Assembly: GCA_013239625.1 (NCBI GenBank)
Contig: MU054338.1
Location: forward strand, 3,743,371 to 3,807,370
Length of the DNA stretch: 64,000 nt
Direction of reading: 5' to 3'
From: Lama guanicoe
Taxonomy: Eukaryota
The notes beneath the pieces are model-generated. The model had not been told where the DNA came from and searched no databases. It saw only the letters and a program-made list of their open reading frames with translations. A program made the position numbers and the translations under genes. Positions 57,701 to 64,000 of the stretch are shown piece after piece. Every line of letters starts with the position of its first letter. The stretch's first letter is position 1.

Positions 57701-60700
57701 TGGCTCAAAGGAAAGTAGGGGAAGGTGTAGCTCAGTGGTAGAGCAGTGCTTAGCATGCACAACGTCCTGGGTTCAATCCCCAGTACCTCCTTAAAAAAAA
57801 TTTAAACAAATAAGTAAGTAAATCTAGTTACAACCCCCACTCCCAAAAAAGGAAAGAAATTCAGACACATTCCACAACACGGATGAACCTTGGGGACATG
57901 ATGCTCAGTGAAAAAAGCCAGTCACAAAAGGACAAAATGCTGTATGATTCCTCTTGTACGAGGTTCCTACAGTATACATTTCAACAAGTATGATTTTAAT
58001 TCCATTTTATAGAACTTGGTAACACTATATTGTATAACTGAAATTTGCAGAGTAGAACTTAAATGTTCTCACCAAATAATAGTAATAAAGATATATATGT
58101 GAGGTGATGAACGGGGAATTAACTTGATGGGGGAATCCTTTCACGATGTAAACATACATCAAATCATCACGTTGCACATTTTAAATATCTTACAATTTTA
58201 TTTGTCAATTATACCTCAATAAAGCTGGAAAATATAAATGAAATAACTCTGTATGTTAGTAATATAGAATATATGTTCCTCTCTCATGCTTATGGGGAAC
58301 TTATTTTAAAAATCACTTAATTATTCATGTAGCTGGCCATTAAAAAAGTCATTTTCCCCAGCAGAGATTTTTCAGACCACATTCTCAGATCTTAACCTAA
58401 TAAAACTAGAACTCAACAACCAAAAAAGCAACAAAAGTCTCGTTTACTTGGAAATTAAGGAACACCTTATAAATAAGGTATTTATAGATAAATAACACCT
58501 CTGAATCAAAGAATTCAGCTCAGATATACTCAGAGGAAAATTTATAGCCTAAGCACTTTTATTATCAGGGGGAAAAAATGAACCTAACGATAAATGAACT
58601 GAGTAACTCAAGGAAATAGGCAACAAAAAGAAATTAAGAGAGGGGACTTAATGATACAACCTGAAATGTATTAAGTAGAGACAAGAAGACAGTATAGAGT
58701 CAAAATGAAAGAGAAAGCCGGTTCTTTAGAAGACTGGCATAACAGCTAAACACCCTACAATCCTGATGAAGGAGAAGAGACAGAATTAAAATGAACAGCA
58801 GGAACGAAAAATGAGAGTAAAAGTACAGACACAGAAGCTATTAAGTAGTGACGAGAAAACAGTACATTGCAGCTGGGTGATAATAAAGCTGGGGTCAGAT
58901 GTTCTTTTCAATAAGTTACTACATATAAATAAACAAAACCAACGCAAGAAGAGGTAGAAACTAGAGAGAGGATCGGGACACAGTGTGTGAGCAGAGGTTC
59001 TTGCTCAGTATTCTGGACTGAATGGATGAATAGATGAGGGAATGAATGGATAAACGGATATGTGAGTGGGTGGATGGATAGATGGATGAATGGATGGGTG
59101 GGTAGGTGGATGGGTATGTGGATGGGTGAATGGGTGGATAGTTGGATGGACAGATGGGTGGATCAGCAATGCTTTTTACTACAATAACTCACACTCCCAT
59201 GGCCTTGCAGCATAAAGAGACCCACAATGTCTACCGTCACTCTGGACATAGCCAACAAAGAAATTTCATGTGTGGACCTTAAGCCACTGGTATGTCCAAA
59301 ACTTTTGCTGCCCCATACTGTCACTAGTGTTAAGGGCCATGGCAGCAGGCCTCGGCTGCATTTCCGAGGGGCTGGCTGAGCTCACACTCAGGTTCTAGAA
59401 ATGGACGTGATCCTGTCCCGGTTGCCAGGCTCACTGCCTCTTCCCCATTATCATCCCCCAGGGCTGCCCCTCATGACTCACCATCCTCCGAGCAGGTGTA
59501 TCAGTTGGGGTGTAGCAGATGGGGGGATCTTAGCTGCGCCCCATAGCTCAGGGAGGCTCTTAGGGCTTGCTTCCTTGGGGCCAGACACACTTACTGTGAG
59601 TCCCAGGTGCCTGGTCCCCACATGGCTTTTCACCGTGGCTGGGCTATCAGCACCCTCACTGCCCTGGGTCCTCATCCCTGTCTCTCCCCCATGCAGACAG
59701 CACTGATTTCAGTTGGTTGTGACCTGGAGAAGAAGATCATCATTCAGAAGTGAGTGTGTTGATGTGGTGGGGAGAGGGAGGAGTGGGGATGGCATGGAGA
59801 CCGTCACCATTGCTTCGCAGTTGCTAAAATTGGGTGATGCTACCCTGTCAATCTCTGTATATGTTTAACTTTTACATAACAAATGGCTTAATCATTAATC
59901 CTAACACGTTAAGTTTGGAGTTTCCGGGCAGTGGCCACCCCTCCTCCCACCAACTCAGGAATATTGATCTTTTCTCACTCCTTGTTGGCTCATTCCATTT
60001 CTTCCTTTTAGTCTCCAAGATCCCCATTTTGATTAAAATTGCTCAGGGTTTTTGGTTTTAATCGCCTGATGAAAAACTGGGGAACTTAGCCTCTGGTATC
60101 CATAGTTACTTCAGGGAATACAGCCATGAGAATTCGAGAAAAAGAAAACAAAGGGAATGCAAAGACTGGCCAAATTGCCAGTTTCTCCTTCAGGCAGTGG
60201 TGTGCTGGTAAACGTTCAACAGCCAGTTCTGGGGGCGCCCTGATGCACAACACGTGCCAGTTCCCATGGTGTAAATGCTCCCACGGAGCCTACTGAAGGC
60301 TACCGACGTGAGTCACCTACTGGTTCATGAAATTCCTCAGGATTTCACAGGATTTAACTCCAGAGCTAGTAAGAGCCAGCTTCAGTGGCCCACTGCACCA
60401 GGGCAATAATAAACTCAAGTGATGATTTTCCCAGAATTTCCTTCCCACTCCATGGAAACGCTTTATTGAATCACTAAATGATGTATTTGGAACACATGTG
60501 CAGGAAAGTGTTGTAAAACCACCTTTTAAAAGCTTCTGCCATAAAAAGAGTGGGGAGGATATTTGCCACATGTGTAACTAACAAAAGACTCATATCCAGA
60601 ATATATAGAAAATTCCTACAAAAAAAAAAAGACAAATTAATAGAAAACAATGGCAAAAGGCTTGAGTCGGTACTTCCAAAAAAGAAAGAAACAAACCAAC

Positions 60701-63700
60701 CAAAAACAAAGGACAAGGCTAATATACACATAAAAAGGAGCTGAGAAAACAGACAACCTCAATATGAAAATGAAAACCGTGTTAGACATATAGGTACAAC
60801 TGAATCACCCTGCTGTACACTAGAAATTCACACAACACTGTAAATCCACTATACTTCAATTAAACAAAAAAACAAACAACGGTATTAGAGAGCGTTCTTC
60901 ACCCACCAGCATGGCGGAAGTGACAAAGCCTGGGCAGTAACACACACTGTTAGGGTGGGGACGCCCTGGTGGGCGTGTACATCTTCCCACCCCGAAATTC
61001 CACTCATGCACATCTGCAATAGCCTAGGTTTCTAAATGTTCTCAAAAACATTGTTCTTAATGGCTCCAAGCTGGAAGCAGGCCAACTCAAGCCGCTGGCG
61101 GAGGGATAAACCAGGTGCGGCGTTTTGATACAATGGAACACTGTGAAAACGAACGAGGCAGAATCACGTGGTTGGGTCGTACAAACATGGGCATGGAATC
61201 AAAAAACGTCGAAGAACACATAGTCTGATTTTAGTCTTAAAAATCCGAAATCAGGCAAAAATAAATTACAGTCGGCTCCCCGCCCGGTATCTAAGATTCA
61301 GCCAAGCGCAGATGGTGTTTACGGTTCGCGGTTAATTGAATCCGCGGACGCAGAACCTGGGAACACAGAGGCCCCTTATGGGGCTTTGAGCATCCTCGAA
61401 TTTTGGTATCCGCCGCAGACCCTGAAACCAATCAAGGGGGAACTGTATGTTGCTTAAGGATGCGTGCGCAGATAGTAACAGTATAAAGAACAAACTGGGG
61501 AATGATTGTCTCAAGTCAGGACACCTAGCTCCCAGATCTCCGGGTCTAACGTTCTTTTCCAATACAAGGAATTAGGGCTCCTTGGCTAAATGGCGGAGTC
61601 TAGGCAGGGAAGTTGCAAGATGAGCATGGAGCATCTTGGAAAACAAGAAAGTGAGAAGGGGCCGGGACATGAAACCAGCGGGGAGATACAGAGGCCAGAG
61701 GGAAGAATTCATGATTCTTCGCTTCTGCCTGAGGTCAGGCAGCTTCTCAGCATCTTTTATTGCTTGCAGCGAAATCTCAGCCTGTTACAATGGCCTCCTC
61801 GACCTCGTGACCCTTCAGGACAACTACAGTTACGTCATTGAGAAGTGAGCACCCCACACACACACAACACGACCATTTGGCATGTATGTGCCAAAGGCAA
61901 ACCAAGAATGGTTTTTAAATTGATATCCAACCAACTGCTATCTGTCCAGCAAGGAATCTGAGGGGGTGACAGACAGGTAGGAGAGGTAGCCTGGTCTGTG
62001 GGGAGCCAATGTGATGTGTCATTGCCCCTGGCCAGGGTCTGCCCAGCCTCTGCTACCTTCTGGGCCAGCCTCTGACCTCTGACCCTTCACCAGCCTGCCT
62101 GCAGCTCTTGGAGCCTGGCCACCTGTTCGTCTGAGCTAGTGAAGTTGGCCAGATACTGTCAGCCAAGGCAGGAGGGGTGGCAGGCCAAGGTGACCCTCTA
62201 CTCAGGGCGGCGTGGGGACCACCTCCCACACTGGTGCACACCCCCAACCCCCCCTGGCGAGGGAGGACACCCACGTGTCTTACATGACACGCCCCGGCCC
62301 GCCCCAGACAAGCCGCGTCAGCCTCCCATCCGGACCCTCGGCCGAGGCCCGACCTGCAGGCTGGGACTGCTGAGCGGTGAGGCTGCAGCGGGACCTCGTG
62401 GGGGCACAGATCGGGGCCTCCAGAGAGAGAGCAGCGACAGGATGTGTGTGAGACAGACAGGGAGAGACACATACAGGGAGCCAGAAGCAGTGACAGAGAT
62501 GGGGAGATTTATTTTAAGGACTTGGTTCCCTGACCGTGGAGGTTTGGCAAGTCCACAGTCTGATGGGGAGGATGGGGGAAGAGCTGCAGTTTAAGTCCAA
62601 GGCCGTCGGCAGGTAGACCTCTTTCTTGCCGAGAGAGGTCCATCCTGGTTCTACTCAGGCCTCCAGCTGCACCCACACAAAGGAGGGCAGTGCTTTCCTC
62701 AGAGTCCACTGATTTCAGTGTTAACCACATCCCCAAAGAACAGCCTTGCAGAAACACTCAGAATCACGTCTGACCACGATCCGGGCACCGTGGCCCAGCC
62801 ACGTGGACCTGAAACGTCAGCCACCACGGAGGTCCCAGGGTCATTTTCACCATCGCTCTGAATCCCCCCTCAGCCGCCCCTCCACAGCCATGACCGAACC
62901 CATCTGCAGGGAAGAAGTGGGGCTGTGGGTGGGTGGGTGCCTGGGTGCTGCGCAGGAGCTCACCCATCTCTACCTCCTGCTCTCCCACAGGGACACCTAC
63001 GACCCCAACTTCCAGGGGCAGAAGGCCACGGAGGACCTGTTGGTGCATTACCAGTATGAGAAGCTGGGCTGCCCCGTCCTTGTGTTCTATGACACCCCGT
63101 GGAAGCCGGTGGTGGAGCTGTGAGACCCCCATTATCTTCCCTGGCATCACTAATTCCCCTGTGCCCCTCCTTCCCTCTCCAACCCTTTACTGGAGTTGTG
63201 ATCGCTCCCTGCCTACCCCTCCCCCCACCATAGCTATCAGCTCAGACAGTTCCTTCCTCCCCCTTAGCTTGACCACCTTAATACCAAGGGCTAGGGGACT
63301 TAAACAGCAGACATTGATGTTTTCAAAGTCCTGGAGGCTGGAAGTCCAAGGTCAAGGTGTGGGCAGGACTGCTTACCTCAGGCCTCCCTCCTTGGCCCAA
63401 AGAGGCTGCCTTCTCGCTGCTTCCTGAGGATGGGGAGAGAGCTCTGTGTGTGGTGACGTCTCACCCTCTTCCTGTGGGATCAGGGCCCACCCTTATGACC
63501 TCACCCAACCTCAATTGCCTCCTTAAAGGCCCTGCCTCCAAATACAGTCACACTGGGGGTTAGGGCTTCACATGTAAACATTTAGGTTCATTAGAACGTC
63601 ATATCTTAGCTCCACGTGATTTTAGTCCCACATTCCCACCCAGGCGGGACTGTGGGCCGGGCACACCGCTAACTCAGAGCTGTCATGTGGTGGGGTGCCT

Positions 63701-64000
63701 GCCGACCTGGGGTGAGGAATAAGGGAAGGGTCTGTCAGAGAAGAGGCATAAGCACCAACCTGGCAGGAGATCAAATGTGCATCCAAAAATAATGATTTGT
63801 TGGGGGAGGATGTAGCTCAGAGGTAAAGCACATGCTTAACTTACAAAAGGTCCTGGGTTCAATCCCCGTTACCGCCATTAAATAGATAAACCTAATTACC
63901 TAATAAGTAAACCTGATTACCTCCCCCCAAAACAACACCTTCTAGGTGGCGGGAAGGGAAGTTCCAGGAGGTGGTCGAGACCGAGTATGTCCTGCTGGAG
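28763..64000 (+). CDS. CATSPERD: Cation channel sperm-associated auxiliary subunit delta (TMEM146), 3'-truncated by the window
   Basis: 20 exons: 28763-28836, 30593-30647, 31533-31609, 36829-36901, 37614-37728, 39828-39895, 40989-41102, 43683-43766, 46141-46291, 47173-47268, 52797-52879, 53453-53629, 55681-55794, 56600-56689, 57281-57339, 59211-59289, 59697-59749, 61770-61844, 62991-63119, 63946-64000+. 1821 nt open, all GT-AG. Signal-peptide-like start [12 protein letters not shown]...; recognisable segments [75 protein letters not shown]. Confidence 0.93.
29250..29475 (-). mobile_element. MER20-like hAT fossil
   Basis: gcagtatccctggcctccacccattagatgccagtag; related to five other copies in the window. 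Confidence 0.6.
30153..30320. mobile_element. MER5A-like hAT fossil
   Basis: caatggttctcaaagcatggccc...agcatcactcgggaatttgttagaactgca...tctactgaatcaga...tgagaacca. Confidence 0.65.
32838..33460. mobile_element. L1 3' end (about 32896-33300, +) nested in a MER3/MER33-like element
   Basis: L1 text gaatggataaataaaatgtggtccatccatacaatggaata...gaagatgagaaagttctggagatgg, flanked by tagccacatgtggctattta and gcatttcaagccctcagtgtggccagcggctgccgtgttggacagc. Confidence 0.6.
33485..33765 (+). mobile_element. MER58-like hAT fossil
   Basis: gctaagaatggt...aaataaagttttatt...cctaaaatatttcctatctggcc...acagaaaaagtttgct. Confidence 0.55.
34862..35072 (+). mobile_element. MER20-like hAT fossil
   Basis: cagtagttctcaactgggg...tgctactgccatctagtggaggccagg...tgagaagccctg. 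Confidence 0.65.
36644..36702 (+). repeat. (TAGA)n/(CAGA)n microsatellite
   Basis: tagatagataggtagatagatagatagacagacagacagacaga. Confidence 0.9.
37733..37808 (+). repeat. (CT)n-(GT)n compound microsatellite just after the CATSPERD exon 5 donor
   Basis: ctctccctctctccctctccctctct...gtgtgtgtgtgtgtgtgtgtgtgt. Confidence 0.9.
38351..38554 (-). mobile_element. MER20-like hAT fossil
   Basis: cctccacccactcaatgccagg...tgacaaccacagatgtccccagacat...aaaaccactg. Confidence 0.65.
38630..39410 (-). mobile_element. L1 3'-region fragments (antisense)
   Basis: gctgctgtgaacatttgtgtacaag...gtggaattgctgggtca; ttcactgagcatcatgtcctcaaggttcatccgtgttgtagca; gcatttccctgatgattagtgatattgagc. Confidence 0.7.
39534..39765 (+). 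mobile_element. MER20-like hAT fossil
   Basis: cagtggttctcaatcagg...gcaatgtctggagacatttttt...gagaagccctg. Confidence 0.65.
41420..41820. mobile_element. MLT1-like (ERVL-MaLR) LTR
   Basis: gaacctcagaacatgactg...gggtctttgcagat...ggaaccaaccccgctgac...ggtactttgttatagcagccctaggaaaccaataca. Confidence 0.7.
42550..43200. mobile_element. Nested MLT1/MST-like MaLR LTRs
   Basis: gggaagttcaagatcaaggtgc...tcctggtgagggctct; inner element from about 42855 to 43180 ending ctgtggtattttgtcacagcagcccgaacggactaagaca. Confidence 0.6.
43865..44235 (+). repeat. Degenerate (CCAT)n low-complexity repeat
   Basis: ccatccatccacacatccatccatctatccatt... over about 370 bp. Confidence 0.9.
45810..46010 (-). mobile_element. 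MER20-like hAT fossil
   Basis: ggtgtggagcagactccctggcgccacccacttgatgccagg. Confidence 0.5.
46899..47018 (+). mobile_element. tRNA-Ala-derived SINE (vic-1-like)
   Basis: ggtatagctcagtggtagagcacatgcttagcatacaggaagtcctgggttcaatccccagtacctcca plus A-rich tail; A and B boxes intact. Confidence 0.9.
47450..47835. mobile_element. MLT1-like LTR
   Basis: aaagtccaagatcaaggtgtcggcagggc...ggattagggcc...agaccctatttccaaat...ggggacacagttcagcccatgaca. Confidence 0.7.
48102..48190 (+). mobile_element. tRNA-Ala-derived SINE (vic-1-like)
   Basis: ggggagggtctagttcagtagagcacgtgcttagcatgcacgaggtcctgggttcaatccccagtacctcca plus poly-A; taatgaaaga appears on both flanks. Confidence 0.85.
48316..49025 (+). mobile_element. 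Relatively well-preserved, 5'-truncated L1 3' end
   Basis: ggtgcagccactgtggaaaacagtatggagattcc...gatccagcaatcccactcctgggcatatatcc...gccatttgcagcaacatggatggacctagaga...ggagtttgggattagcagatacaaac...ttcaattaaaaa. Confidence 0.85.
49260..50000. mobile_element. L1 fragments (antisense about 49260-49740, sense about 49765-50000)
   Basis: ggcttatttcactgagcatcatgtcctcaagg...; atgagataccacctc...aaaatggtgcagccgctgtggaaaacag. Confidence 0.7.
50165..50525. mobile_element. MLT1A/MST-like LTR
   Basis: tgctatgggctcaatgtctgtgtcccc...ggggcctttggg...ccttgatcttggacttcagcctcca...gttacagcagcccagacggac. Confidence 0.7.
50560..51665 (-). mobile_element. Old L1 3' region (antisense) with a short sense L1 piece at about 50700-50835
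   Basis: acagctttacagagata...catacaattcaccc...; ttggagaaatgtctcctccagtccttcgcccatgttttaaatggg...tttgcaaatattcgctcccattct. Confidence 0.7.
51853..52046 (+). mobile_element. MER20-like hAT fossil
   Basis: gtgtctggagacatgtgtggctgtca...ggacagcccc...tgagaaatcc. Confidence 0.5.
52465..52675 (+). mobile_element. MER58A-like hAT fossil
   Basis: aggggtcagcaaaccatggcccacaggcca...tgtttttgtaaataaagttttattgg...ttacagaagaaatttgctgacctctg; terminal inverted repeats visible. Confidence 0.7.
53115..53252 (+). mobile_element. tRNA-Ala-derived SINE (vic-1-like)
   Basis: gggggtggtatagctcagtggtagagtgagtgcttagcatgcatgagttcctgggttcaatccccaggacctcca plus tail with aacctaattacctccc. Confidence 0.9.
54214..54372 (+). 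mobile_element. tRNA-Ala-derived SINE (diverged, GC-shifted copy)
   Basis: agctcagcggcgaagcacgtgcttagcacgcacgaggtcctgggctccacc... plus tail taaacctaattatcctccccc. Confidence 0.8.
54531..54688 (-). mobile_element. tRNA-Ala-derived SINE (vic-1-like), antisense
   Basis: gggggggaggtaattaggtttattt...aggtactggggatggaacccag...ctctaccactaagctacaccctccc; TSD-like TGATT(G/T)GCTTT at 54520-54530 and 54690-54700. Confidence 0.88.
57490..58240 (+). mobile_element. L1 3' fragments interrupted by a SINE
   Basis: gcaatcccacttctggg...cacaatagccaaaacatggaagcaaccc...; gacatgatgctcagtgaaaaaagccagtcacaaaaggacaaa...tgtcaattatacctcaataaagctgg. Confidence 0.75.
57716..57847 (+). mobile_element. tRNA-Ala-derived SINE (vic-1-like) inside L1
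   Basis: ggtgtagctcagtggtagagcagtgcttagcatgcacaacgtcctgggttcaatccccagtacctcc; TSD AAAGGAAAG at 57707-57715 and 57848-57856. Confidence 0.9.
59020..59163 (+). repeat. Degenerate (GGAT)n repeat
   Basis: tggatggatagatggatgaatggatgggtgggtaggtgga... Confidence 0.85.
60195..60395. mobile_element. MER63-like hAT fossil
   Basis: Begins cagtggtgtgctggtaaacgttcaacagcc, contains ttcccatggtgtaaatgctccca, ends gcccactg. Confidence 0.55.
61268..61448. mobile_element. Short Tigger-derived MITE-like fossil
   Basis: tacagtcggc...gttaattgaatccgcggacgcagaacc...tttgagcatcc...ttttggtatcc...aactgta with TA-flanked ends. Confidence 0.45.
63280..63570. mobile_element. MLT1-like LTR
   Basis: cttaaacagcagacatt...ctggaggctggaagtccaaggtcaaggtgt...gggcccacccttatgacctca...ccaaatacagtcacactgggggttagggcttca. 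Confidence 0.7.
63802..63935 (+). mobile_element. tRNA-Ala-derived SINE (vic-1-like) abutting the CATSPERD exon 20 acceptor
   Basis: gggggaggatgtagctcagaggtaaagcacatgcttaac...ggtcctgggttcaatcccc plus tail taaacctaattacc...acctgattacctcccccc. Confidence 0.85.

Overview
Mammalian genomic DNA, GC-rich and gene-dense. It is probably from a camelid, inferred from a tRNA-Ala(AGC)-derived SINE family resembling vic-1. The gene order matches the human 19p13.3 block: MICOS13 (minus; exon 1 and part of exon 2), HSD11B1L (plus; 7 coding exons, 287 aa), RPL36 (plus; 3 coding exons, 105 aa), LONP1 (minus; 18 exons, 960 aa) and CATSPERD (plus; first 20 exons, 607 codons, running off the window end). All coding exons were placed by hand with GT-AG boundaries and consistent phases. 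There are two head-to-head CpG-island promoters (MICOS13/HSD11B1L and LONP1/CATSPERD) and one very tight convergent pair (RPL36/LONP1). The introns, especially of CATSPERD, contain many SINE, L1, L2/MIR, LTR and DNA-transposon fossils; repeat family names and human comparisons are from recall, not searches. I found no evidence of a wholly new biological system. The best leads are lineage-specific or regulatory: an out-of-frame strong-Kozak ATG 11 nt upstream of the LONP1 start, a SINE supplying the apparent branch point of CATSPERD exon 20, an AT instead of GT at the expected RPL36 exon-1 donor, a closed alt-RPL36 frame, complementary GC-box arrays around an HSD11B1L exon, and a possible GC-biased gene conversion tract.
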